Translations under genes and position numbers: made by a program | The notes under the pieces: generated by a model | Databases searched by the model: none | Seen by the model: the letters and a program-made list of their open reading frames with translations, nothing else | What the model was told of the DNA's origin: nothing | In this document: one piece after another, positions 39,632 through 51,780 of the stretch | Layout of the letters: each line of letters begins with the position of its first letter | How positions within the stretch are numbered: the stretch's first letter is position 1 | Assembly: GCA_001643675.2 (NCBI GenBank) | Contig: LSRY02000001.1 | Location: 2,232,001-2,296,000 of the forward strand | DNA from: Monocercomonoides exilis PA203 | Lineage: Eukaryota > Protista > Preaxostyla | DNA: 64,000 bases | Direction of reading: 5' to 3'

Positions 39632-39886
39632 GGATGATAATTTTTGAAATAATAACTTTTATCGGTGTGATAATTTTTCTTATGTTATTTATTATTGTGA
39701 AAAGATTTTGTATTAAAATGCAAATTTTGAAACAACTGTTTTTTGAAAAATGTATTAGCTAAAATATAGATAATAATTTCATTTTAAAGCCTTTTTGTTT
39801 TTAACTGTCACTTTGTTGGAATTCAAGGGATATTTTCGAGTGAATGTTTTTTGAATGGAATAATATGAAATAATATTTTATCACCT
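39632..39886. mobile_element. MITE family B, degenerate copy 4
   Basis: GGATGATAATTTTTGAAAT ... ATTTTATCACCT with ACTT on both flanks; interior resembles 36795-37034. Confidence 0.55.
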
Positions 39887-40858
39887 ACTTTTAATTTTTT
39901 TCATTATTTCAGAACTATATAACTTCAATGTGATTTCTCTTTGTGTTGATTCTAACTATTTTGTTCGTTTTTGTTTATTTTCGTTTGTTGCTTCTGTCTT
40001 AATCAAAAATTTGTAAATATAAAAATGGATGCGTTATCATATTCACTTGTAAATAATACTAATTATCCATTCAGGATCTGAGCCTTCAATTGTTTGACGT
40101 TTATCAAACTGCATTATTCTCCAAAAATGATTCCTATTGAAAACAGAATAATTCTGTTTTGAAAAAATAAACTATGTTTCTTTTCTTTTTTTTTTTTTTT
40201 AAACACATCGAACATAAATTGTGTTGTGTGATTTTAATTCTAATTAAAAACTATCCTAATAACAATATCTATCATTGTTGAATAATTCATGCATTTATAT
40301 TAATGGAAAATGCGAATTTAATTATTTCTATTAAACTTTTTAGGAATATTAAAAAAATGAAAAAAATTCATAAGCATCTGCGTCACATGTTTTTTGACGT
40401 AAACAATTTTAAAGTGACGTGACGTGACAGAAAAAATTTCATTCACTCATATTAAAAATTGGTTTTTTTCAATTTGAAACAAGAAATGCAAAGAAAAATT
40501 GATATTTAATTGTTATTCACCTTCTATTATAAAAAGGATTTTTAAATACTTTTCTTTTTTAAAATGTTCATTTTTTATTTTAATATGAACAATGGGTTGT
40601 GTCGTGATCATTTTTTGTGGTATAAATACCAAGGCACTCACGTCACTGCCGGTCACTGACGTGTTTTCAGATAATAAAGCATTTGGAAATTTTTGTATAT
40701 TTGTTATTCATAGATGCATCACATGTGTTTGTTTCTTCATCGGAAAATCCAGAAATCGTTTGAGGAAAGTTATTTAATTTTTTTTATTTAAAACAATTGT
40801 TTTTTTATATATATTTTGATCAAAATAGTTTCAACTATTTAAAAAAACAGAGGAGATA

Positions 40859-43751
40859 TTGAAATCACACAGATGTGAATGGATCAAACTCGAAAAAATA
40901 GAAAATGGTGAATACGCAAACTGTTTTTATATTTTATTTTTTGTAGAAATTAATCTATTAAAAATGCAATATTTTTACACAGGTTATTGTCATCCAAAGC
41001 AGAAAGAATTGGTCATTTCCAAACCGACTCTCGACGTCGTGAATCGCAAATTGTTTATTGCATTTGCTCCTTTGTATAAAGACAGAACTTCGAAAAAGGA
41101 TTTGCACAGACTTTTCATGTGTCTATGTGAGAAAGATGGTGTTGCTTGTGGAGTGACGGGTCGAAAGGACTACTCTATGATTTTCAATCACAAATGTGAT
41201 TTTATTCAGAATAATCAGATATCCTTGTTCTTTTCACAGAAGTCCAATTTATCAACACGGTCAGTTAATTCGAAGATAAACAATAGCTCTTCTGAAACAA
41301 CATTGAAAGGAGAGCTCACTGAATCTTTCATCAACATTGTTGCCCATAGTAATATTTCTTTTCTTTCTGTAGCAACAAACGAATTTAATGATTTTGTTAC
41401 TGCACTAATAAAATCATCACATGAAAATCCGCACATGCACAGGGAAGATATTTTTCCTCGCCTCACAGAGAGAAATGTCACCAAACTGCTTCATGAAGCA
41501 AATTTAAAGAAAATAGAAAAAGCAATTTCAATTATTTCTAACAATCCCCTGGGAGTAGTTATTGATGGAGGAGTTGTTGGGGGAGTGGGCTACACTGCAT
41601 TGGGCTTAATAACGATGGATCAATCGTCAAAACCTATCTTTTGGAAATTGTATAAAAGTTGTCGATCAGAATCCGATTATTTCAATTTAGGATTGGAAAT
41701 AATGACCGAGTTGAGTGCTTATGAATGTTCCGTTAGAGCTTGGTGCTCGGATGGATTAAAACCGCAAGTTTTGGCATTGAATAGAATATCGACAAATGAT
41801 TCGACGGAATTGAATGGTTCATAAAGTGCATATAATATCCAAGGCCAATTTTTGTAAGATGCCTTAATCATTTAATCAATTTAGTTGTCAGTCACGCTTT
41901 TTCAGAAAATGCAAAACTGAAGCAAATGAAGGAATTGATTATTAAATTCAGTCAGCAAGCACATTTATCAAATTTCAGAAACGGTTTGAAAAAAAGATGC
42001 CCAACATTTATAGCTACAAGATGGCTGTGTTTGTATAATATTTGTATCTTAATAAGGCAGAATCAATCAATAATAAGCAAAACCAAAATGCTTTCAGACC
42101 ACGAAATATTTGAAATTGCACTTGCTGAATTGTTGTTGTATCCACTTTATTCGATGCATCTGATTTTTGAAAAAGAATCGACAAAACTTGGAGATGCCTT
42201 TCCTGTTGTTATTCAAGCAATGAATTTGTTTAATTCTTTATCAACAAATGTGTATTTCGTTGATGGAGAATGGCATAACGCATTGACAGATATTGCTATT
42301 CTGTTATATAATTACACACTTTGTGATTTTTCTGGACAACTCATAGCAACATCATACGCACTAACACCAATTGGATCACATAAGCATAGAACTCATAAAT
42401 TCACTTGCGACCCAAGAGAACGTTTGCATTCCAAAGAAAAACATATGTTTTTATTAATCAATTATAATTTATCTTTTTTCTTGATTTTTTTTTTTTAAAG
42501 TTACCAAAACCATTTTTAATGAAGCCAAAAAATCAAGCGAATCTCGATCACGTTCTTGCAGCAAAGACTCATCTGAATCAATGTGTCAGAATCAAAACTT
42601 ATCTATTCATTCTTCTTCTTCGTCGTCATTTTCGTCATCGTCATCGTCATCTTCTTCTTCATCTTCATCATCATCTTCATCTTCCCCATCCTCCTCAAAT
42701 ATTTCCTCATTCCCCACGTTTTCCATTTTCCATGATTCAACACCATTTCTGTCAATACAAAATCCTAATATCAAAACTTTATCGGATCATCTATTTCAAG
42801 ACATTTCATTTCTTTCTACAGAAAAACTGCAAAAGGCTTTTGAAAACTCTGAAAAAGTGGATGAGGAATTAAGTGAGACTGGAACTGTTTCAGCTTTCAC
42901 TGCTTCTGATGCAACAAACTGCGCGAAAACTCAAAATGTTGAGTTCTCAAATTCAAAGCTTCAAGAATTATATTGTTTCATATCAACTCTTGATTCGAAT
43001 TCTCAAGAGAAAACAGTAGAATTTGAAGAACAATACGAAATCGAGGATTTTGATGAACAAGATTTGTTTGGATTGATTCAAGCAGAAGTTGAAGAAAAGG
43101 ATGATGAATATCAACACAATACCAATCAAACAGATCATATCAATTTCTACTTGACTAGAAAAACAACTCAGCATGATGAAGTGTTAGAAAGTTTGTTAAC
43201 AGACATTACTAAAAAATCACAAACTGAAGAAGAAATTTCAAGAAATGAAAAAGAACCAACGAATAATGAAGAAAACAACGAAAGTGAAAACGAAAGCGAT
43301 AGTGATGTGGATTTCATATGCAATTTTTCTCGTTTCAAAAGAATTGAAGAAAATAATGTTGATTTAGATAATCAAACTTTGAGAATAATTAGAAGTTATT
43401 AATCTTCGGATTGGTTTGGCGGGATTGTTGCATGCAACAGAGCTATGTTGGATCACATGTTGAATGAAAAATAACATATAAAGAAGAGTCAGTGACTTAG
43501 ATTACTCAAAGAATATTTTTTTTTAAAAAGATGAGGATGATGTCGTTGAGGAAGATGGTGACATTTTCTACCAGGATTTTTGTTTATATAGCGAAATGCA
43601 GAAAATATTCTATCTCATCGCTGACTGCATAACAAATTCTCCTTGCAGTGAATCATTTTGTGAGAGAATATTTTCTAAAGCTCGCAGAATAATAGGAGAT
43701 CGTCGTCACAAATTGTCTGACAGAACGCTTAATGCTCTTCTTCGTCTCTGA
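40859..43751 (+). pseudogene. hAT transposase, disrupted
   Basis: FINIVAHSNISFLSV, VVIDGG (first Asp), AWCSDG (second Asp), RCLNHLINL (CxxH), PTFIATRW, and C-terminal dimerisation motif PCSESFCERIFSKARRIIGDRRHKLS. Confidence 0.88.
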
Positions 43752-43989
43752 TGTATGGTGGAAATTATCAATATTTATGTACACACACATACGAATTAAT
43801 CATTTCTTGTTATTTATTAAATTTTGTTTTTTTCTATTTTTGCCAATTTTTTTAACTTTTTCTAAAAACCGAAACACAGCTCGAGAATTCTATTTATTTT
43901 TATTTTGAAAGAAAATAGAAGTTTATTCGCTGTATTATGAGTGAGCAAAGATTGAACGAAAAATGTGAAATATGTGATTTAAGGAGAAT

Positions 43990-46400
43990 AGAATCTATCC
44001 GGTGTGGAAATGGAGCAGAGAATGCGTTTATGGTGGGAGGCGGGCCGCTGGATGTGTAGGATAATTAAGTTGTGTTAAACAGTCTGGAGGCAGAGGAGGA
44101 AACAGAGTCATGTTATGAAGAAGAGTTATAACTTTTGCATGGCATGGGCTTGGAGCTGCTGGTTAGGAATACTTACGTCGTGCTGTAGAATGAAGCGAGT
44201 ATGTTTGATGAGACAGTGATTGAGGTGGCAGGGATGGTGTGCGAGTTTGTGGGGGGTGAATGAGTCGAACATCGGAACGCCAGAGAGCGGAGAAGGCGGA
44301 GCGCTGGCGGCGGATCTTGGAGCAGCGGGGCAGCTGAAGCTGAACAGCGGAGCAAGCTGTGTAGCAGCAGCAGCAGTGGTGTGAATGTGCTCGTAATAGA
44401 GCGAACGGTGCGAGTTTTTATATGTGGAGAGAGCTCAGGCAGAACGGAGGTGGAGGTGAAGCCGTTGGGGCTCAGCAAGAACAAGGCGCGGTGGGGGAGG
44501 AATACGTATGTGCGGGAAGTTAGTCTGGCAGCAGTGGCGAAAAAGGAGCGTACACTGTTTGGGTGGGAGATGTGGATGGGAGACGAGGATTATGAGGAAG
44601 CAAAAGAAGGCAGAAGACAATCGAGTCTGGCTGGGTTTCCATCTTCATCTGCAAAAAGAGGATAATCTGTGATTTCATCACTTCTATAACTTCCATTATT
44701 TCTGCTTCTTCTATAACAGTTGCGGTTACTGATGTTGTCTTCGCCAAGCATAGAATGCGAAAAAAGAGCAGCCTTCATCAACCGGAGGAGCGATGTCACT
44801 CCTTTCAGCACTTCCACCTCGTCTGACGGCAGACGCAGATAAAGCGAGGCTGCCGGCGCACGCGACGACTGCAGAACAAGAGGCCTTTCACAGAGCATTG
44901 AACGTCTTTTGAAAGAAGAAGAAGAAGAATTGCTGATAGAGCGAAGGAAAGAGGATGTTGAATGGGATTGCAGCTCGTCAAAGTGGAGGGAGGACTTGAG
45001 AGAGGAAGGCTGGTATGTGCTTTGTTGTGTGTAGGGGTGCTGAGAAGGATGTGAAGATTGTGAAGAAGAAGAAACAGAAGAAGAAACAGAAGGACGAGAA
45101 TTAATCACATCGCTCTTTGTTCTTCCATGGACGGCCTTCACAGGCACAGCTGAAGGGGCAGACAGGAACATAGACTGATAAGAAGCGAAGGATGTGGGTG
45201 AATGGAGCTGATTGAGAGAGAAAGGAAACATTCTATTTGTTTCCTTTGAGGAGTGTTTTGTGGCAGTCTCATTGCTTCTCAGCAGCTAACTGCCTGTGGA
45301 GTCAGCTTTATCAATGGAAGAGTGAGGGTCATGAGGTGATTGATATGATTGATATGATTGCTATGAATTTAATGATTGAATGGATTGAATGGATTGAATT
45401 GGTTGAGATGACTGAGGTGATTGAGGTGTTTGCAATGGAATGGGAGAAGAATGAGAAGGAGAAGAGGCTGAAGGTGAGGCAGAAGGTGAGGCGGAAGAAG
45501 GAGAATTGTCTGAGGTGAGTGAAGGGGAAGAAGAAGAAGAAGAAGTGAATGTTGATAAAGATGAAGATGTGGAAGAGGATAAAGAAGAAGGTGACATTGA
45601 AAGTGAAGGCGAAGCATCACGCTGTTCTGTTGAAGAAGAAGAAGAAGAAGAAGAAAGATAGAAGAAGAATTTAAAGAAGAGGAGGAGAGGAGGAAGAAGA
45701 TGAAGAAGGCGAAGTGAAAACATTTGATATGTTTCTGATAGAAGCTGGCTGTGTAAATGGGTGTAAAGGAGGTTTTTGACTGTTGGTGAAATGAATTAGC
45801 TCAGAAAGAGAATTTTCAATGAAAATTTTCTTTTCCTTTTAATTCTTATTCTCTCCTCCTTCTCCTTCCTCTTCTCTCTTCCTACTACATCAATTTTCCC
45901 TCCCTTTATTTCAATTCTCTTCCTCTTTAACTTCTTCTTCTCCCTCTTCTCCTTCTTCTTCTGTTTCTTCTCCAAATCTGCCATTCTCTCTGTTTTCCAT
46001 TTCACAAAGCAAAAAAAAGTCATCTTCATTTTCTTCTTTTTCATCCTCATCATCACAATATCCTTCTCCTATTCTTTCTTCAATAAAACACAAATTGTAA
46101 TTTAACCCTCCATCCTTAAACTCAACTCCTCCTCCTTCACCTCCTCCACTTCTTCTTCTTCTTCCTATTCTTCCTCCTTCTTCACTCTCTCTTCTCCTTC
46201 TTCACCTTCTTCCCTTTCCCTTTCCCTTTCCCTCTCTCCTCTTTCCTCCAACCATGGTCTGTCCGTGAAGGCGCGAAAGGAACAAAATCACGCTGAGGAA
46301 GAGGAGGCGGAGGAGGAACGTTATTCACACCAGAAACAGGAGCAGCGGTGTAGTTGGAGAGGTGGCGAGGGCGGAGGGCAGTGGCAATGCGCTGGGTGTT
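43990..46400 (-). pseudogene. Host-like low-complexity gene fragment inside the hAT termini
   Basis: GC-richer minus-strand ORFs (44173-44484, 44590-45231, 45361-45723, 46182-46400) with Ser-rich, acidic and poly-Pro tracts. Confidence 0.4.
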
Positions 46401-48029
46401 GTTGGTGATGAGGAGAAAAAGAAGGAAAAGATGAAGATGAAGATGAAGAGGAAAAGGAAAAGGAGATGAAAAAGATAGAGAAGAGAAGATGGAGAAGAAG
46501 AGAAAGAAAAAACAGAAAAAGATAAATTTAAAGTTAAAAAAAAAAAAAAAAGGATGAAGAAAATCAAAAAAGTCAATGCAAATCGCTGTGATGCTCTTTA
46601 ACTTTTCATTTATACAAAGTAATAACAATCACAAAGGATCAGAGCAACAATTAAATGAAAAAACAAATAAACTCTTAAATAGACTTTAATTGAAGTGAAC
46701 TTTCAATTCAAATCTGATTGTTTTTCAACATTTTCATAAAATGAATATTTATTCATATTCATAGATAATAATTCTCTCATTACAATAATATAGTGAACAA
46801 CAGTCAAATATTTTTTTCTTCTTAAAACAATTGTTAAATTGAAAGGATAAAATTGTCTAGTGAGAATTGCAAAAACACATTACAAAAATCATGATAAATA
46901 TTTCTATCGAAGAAAAAACATGTTGAACATAAATAATCACATAGTTTTTAAGCCTTTAAAGAATGAAAAACAATAAAAATGAGACACTTAAAATTATGCT
47001 TCTAAAACATTTAAAAAAAATGAATAGAAAAAGCTTGATGTAAATTTTCATGAATGATATGACTTCTGTCAAAGTGAAAAATGGTAATTTAATAAATAAA
47101 TAATTAATTAGAGTTTCTTGATTGTAAATTTAGATGGAATTTTTGTTTATCAAATTTTGAATAATTGGAAAGTGTTTAATCCATTTTCAAGCATTATTTA
47201 AAAAAATGGTTTGTTTTCATCTTAGAAAAAAAAAAAAAAAAAAAAAAAACAGTGACGGGTACTGACTGACGAGAGCCCACCTATTTCAAGGTGACGCAGA
47301 TGTTTAAAAATTCATTTACAACTTGGCAAAATTTTTTTGAAAAGTTCCTCGACTTTAATATTTTCCCTAAAAAGATCACAAATGATCAAAAAATAACGAT
47401 CATTCCTATCCCATCATAAATTGTTTATCATTTCTTATTGCCATTTTTTGAAGTTATTATAAAATATGAAGCTTCAATTTCATCTATTTCATATATACTT
47501 TTGACTAACTTTTCATTTTTTATTAAAAAAATAAACTGTCAGTTGTAACTTGTGGCAAACAATTAATAACATAAATATAGACCTTTTTTGCTTCGTTTAT
47601 TCGAATAGACATATTGATTTATTGAGTAATTATAACCACTTGAACATTTCAATGAGTTGATAAAACGAAAAGGAGAAAAATCGTGTGTCTTGTATTATTT
47701 TTTGAAAGCTAATGATAACGAGAATTCAAACGTGATATTATTCATGAATGAAAAACTATATTCAAAAATAAAAACAAATAAATTGATTCCGTATGGTTTT
47801 AAATAAATAAATATTATTTGCAATTAAAACATCAAAAGGTTTGAAATTAAAAACTCAAAATGATATTAATCATTTGTTGAATCAAATCATGAATCATGTT
47901 TTTTGTCGATGTTATTTTCACTTTTGCTTTATGTTCATCTTTTTCTTTTCACTTTCATTCATTACAAGGAGAAATAAATATCTGTTAGTTCACATCACTC
48001 GAAAACTGTGAACATTTGCGAATGATCGA

Positions 48030-49790
48030 TATTTCCAATCCTGATGTGGATGCTGTGTTTCTGTTTAGGAAGAGCTATCGACAGACGTTGTGGTGTAACA
48101 GAAAAACTTCTGGAGGTTGATCATTCACTGCAATTTAAGGTTCGCTCAGTTCCTTTATTATTTTCTCTATCCTCATCTTCTTCTCCAACTGGAGCAGTGC
48201 GTTGATCTTTTTCGAGTTCCGGAGATGGAGAATGGAAGAGAAGAAGTCGGCAGGAGATGATAAGTCATCTTCATCATCATCATCTACACCTGTGATTGAC
48301 TTTTCGGATTCCTCGGAGGTGGAGGCTTCACATGCTTCAGCATCAGTCATGCACAGCATCGAGAGGCGTCTGAGGATTGTGGTGCTTGTGGTGGCTAAGG
48401 CGTATGCGCTGCAAACGCTGCAGGGTCATTTTGTGATTCCAAGTGCGGTTCTGTATGGGTGCGTTGTGTGTGCATACGATGTGAAGCTTTCTGCGATGCT
48501 TTCGGTTTTGAGAGTGGTGCAGCTTCCCACTCTTGCAGAATCGGTGGGCACGAAGTCGGGGAGCAAGCGGATCTTTGCAGCAGCAAATGTGAATGTGTCC
48601 CCGTCAATCCACGATCTGTTTGACACGTCGCTGCAGATATGGCAATCGCCGCAGTCGAGGCGTGTGATGATGAAGCTGGATGACGAAGTGATGGGGTGAG
48701 AGGTTGCAGTGTGTGAAGTGGGGGAGATTGTGGAGAAAGGGCTGGATGCTGCGGAGCTGAGGATGGAGGATATTGTTCAATCTCATGCAGCGATTGTGCA
48801 GGCTGTGCTGGAGGAGCGAGAAGAGGCGGAGGAAGGAGAAAAGGGAGGCAAAGAGGGAGAAGAAAAGGGAGAAGAAGATGGAGGGAGAGAGGGAGGTGAT
48901 GGGAACGAGGAAAAAGGCGGGTATCCGGCAGCGCACAGAGAGTTTGTGGAAAGAATCAAAGAGAACCAGGGGAAGCTGGAAGAAGCGATGGCTCCGTTGA
49001 TTGTGGAGGCGCTTGGGCTGCGTCGGCTGAGGTTTGTGAAAGAAAAGATATGGATAGTGATTTCCTCAGAGAGCGGCATATCACAGATGCTTTATTATGC
49101 ACTTACTATGCTTGTCTATTGTGTAACATTGGATTATGCGAGTAATAAGAACTTTGCAGCAGGAGAAGCAGATGAGTGTTATAGTTTTTCTTCGATGAAT
49201 TGTACAATTGAAATGATCAGAGATGCGGAGCTGTTGAAAATATCAGTTGATCATTTGACAATAATTGAGGAAAAAGACAAACTTGATGAAGAAGCAAAGG
49301 GAAAAAAGCTGCTTGTTTTGTGCTGAGTGAATTGAAGAAGAAGATGATGATGAAATTTCGAGAGCTTTGTGATCGATACTGCGAAATTGTGTGTGAGGAG
49401 CTCATATTCTACTGTCCAAAAATGTGCTGAAATTATTTGCGAAAGCGATTCGGCCAAGTTCTGAGAGCAAAAGGTGATGCTGGGACGAACGCAGAAGTGA
49501 AAGAGTTTGTGCTTGCGAGGCAAGTGGAGCTGGGGCATAAGGCGAAGAAAAGAGAAGAAGGAAGTGGAGGAGAAGAATGACTGGAGAGGAGTGCAAGGAG
49601 GTGTATAGCGCTGGTGGAGAAAGTGGAAAGGCAGCCGAAGTCGCAAGTGAGAGACGAGAAAGAAGAGGAGAAGCTGTTTGAGGAAGCTCATCAATCGGGA
49701 CTATTTGTTGTGGGGTTGATTGAAGCAGAAGAAGAACAAGAAAGTGGAAGATAAAGCAGTGTGAAAGGAGCTCAGGCTAAAGCATTCAAA
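48030..49790 (+). pseudogene. Disrupted gene of unknown function upstream of the ubiquitin-like domain
   Basis: ORFs 48202-48699 and 48709-49326 are in the same frame, separated by a TGA; further stops follow; paralog at 27145. Confidence 0.5.
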
Positions 49791-49816
49791 GAAGGAGTGG
49801 ATTTGGAGAAGATGGA

Positions 49817-50101
49817 GTGCAGGCGAGGACAACAGAAGGAAAGATAATTCGAATTTGCGTCACGAAGGAGACTTCAACGGTAAAGCTGAAGGAACTTGTG
49901 CTGAAGAAAGAAGGGATTCCGCCTGACATGCAGAAGATTGTCTTCAACGATGTGCAGCTGAGTGACATGCGCACGATGAGCGGGTGCTCCATCCGGAACA
50001 ACGAAGAGCTGAAGCTGATGCTGCGTCTGCAAGGCGGTTCAACGAAGGTTCTAGGGCAGATGGAAAAAGAGAAGAGGTTTAGCGCGAGAATGGCAATGTA
50101 G
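49817..50101 (+). CDS. Ubiquitin-like domain ending LRLQGG plus a 20-aa C-terminal extension
   Basis: VQARTTEGKII..T..TVKLKE....KEGIPPDMQKIVF...QL.D.RT.....I.....L.L.LRLQGG follows the ubiquitin pattern; no in-frame ATG at the domain start, so it is probably the 3' end of the upstream gene. Confidence 0.8.
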   Translation: MQARTTEGKIIRICVTKETSTVKLKELVLKKEGIPPDMQKIVFNDVQLSDMRTMSGCSIRNNEELKLMLRLQGGSTKVLGQMEKEKRFSARMAM

Positions 50102-50481
50102 ATGGTTGGAATGGCAAGGGCAGGAGCAGGGGCAAGTGCAGGTCCAGGGCTAAGTCCGTGATTGCTGCTGCCGTCGAATGAAGTGCGGAGGAAGTTCAAT
50201 GTGCGTGTGATGTCTCGTCTTAAATATGGTTTGAGTGCCTCTTTTTCATAAGATATTCCGACAAATCGCAGGTTATAAATTCAGTTTGAATGAATATGAA
50301 ATCAGAGAATATACATAACGCCTTCACTTTTTCTTCTTTTTGCGGTTCTTGTGGCTGCATTTCAGATGACAGTGTAGATGGCGTTGAGGAAGAAGAAGAA
50401 ATTGCACTGGTTGCGAAGTTTCTGCAGGTGGAACATTCGAAGGAGGAGAAGGAGAAATGTTATCATCACGTAGCTCTTTTT

Positions 50482-51655
50482 CTAACTGCTCTTATTGAGT
50501 GAAGCTATTTTTATCTTGACAATGCGCGGTATCTGCTTGGATGTGCGGGGGAGAAGATGGGCAAGCTTGCATGTGAGTGTGTGAGGGACGTTACTTTTGT
50601 GACTCTTTATATGATTTAACTCACAAATTATTTTGCAGCAACGGTATCTCAGAAGGGCTAACAGACGTTTCTGTGTGACAGGCAATTGTGGAGATGGGGA
50701 TTGAGATGAGCTGAGACAAGGGAAATTCTTCCATTTGGAGAATGAAAATAGCAGCTGTGATGTTTGTGATGGTGATGAAGTCAGTTAATGAAAAGAAAGA
50801 ATGTGAAGATGATAAAGAGGAGGAAGAGGAAGAAAAAAAACAGAAGACGAAATGAAAGTGGAGTGAAGAGGAAGGGAAGAAGGAAGAGAGAAGATGAGTT
50901 TTGATAATTCTGTTTCAACACAAGATGACATCATAGCTGAGTTTAATGTTTCACTTGCATTCCAGACTGTCCAACCACTTTCATCATCATTTCCTCGGAT
51001 TTCATGTTTCTTTCCAGCAAAGTCCAATTCATCGCTCATCTCAACCATTCCATTTACGATGACTTTCTTTGTTTCTGTTTGTCTTGTGAGGGAGTGCTTC
51101 ATTGTCAAACAAGGGAATTGGACAATTCCACAGTGTGAGTGATTGAATGCCTCAGAATTGCTCACATATATTTCTTCTGGGGTGGGAAGGAGATAGATGC
51201 ACAGAGGAATGGCCACACTCGTGTTTCCATTGTCGTATCCTCGCACTTTATCAAAAGAATCCAGTGAAGCTGTAACACACTTGATTTTTTCTGATTTTGC
51301 AGTTTCTTCCAGATTGGGTGAAATGACAAAGATATCATTTCCTCACTTGGCCGTGTTTGTTCTGCCTTCTGAGGTTATTAGGAAAACTGGATTGCCGTTC
51401 ATCATAATAAGAATAATTCCTCCTCCAAACCCCTGGAATGCAGAGAAAAAGCATCTGTCAATATTACAACTTTTCACATTCACTTTATTAACCTCTCCTG
51501 CACACAGCATCATCGAGCCTCAATTAGCTTGCATTGTGCTTTCACATCATGAAATTGAACTTGAAAATAGATTCTTGTCTGTTTCATCATTGATAAAACT
51601 AACTTTAGCTTTTAACTTCGAACTTTTCAATTTGAATAAAGAAAGTTTAAATTAA
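50482..51655 (-). pseudogene. Beta-helix surface protein family fragment
   Basis: GGGIIL..GNTAK.GNDIF, RGYDNGNTSVAIPLCIYL..IYVSN..HCG..QFPCLT, with internal stops. Confidence 0.55.
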
Positions 51656-51780
51656 AAAAATATTCATGTCAAAACAAAATACAAACCGCTAAAATTCTTT
51701 AATTTGCATATACATTGAAATCTGGAGGCAAATTTTGTTTAATAGAAGAGTTCAGGCACAAATTGTGTACATAAAACTTA

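Larger units (their letters stand above)
40375..47302 (+). mobile_element. hAT DNA transposon (about 6.9 kb) with cargo
   Basis: Perfect 12-bp TIR CATCTGCGTCAC (40375-40386) / GTGACGCAGATG (47291-47302); clustered GTCAC/GTGAC subterminal repeats at both ends; 8-bp flanks match at only 5 of 8 positions. Confidence 0.65.
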
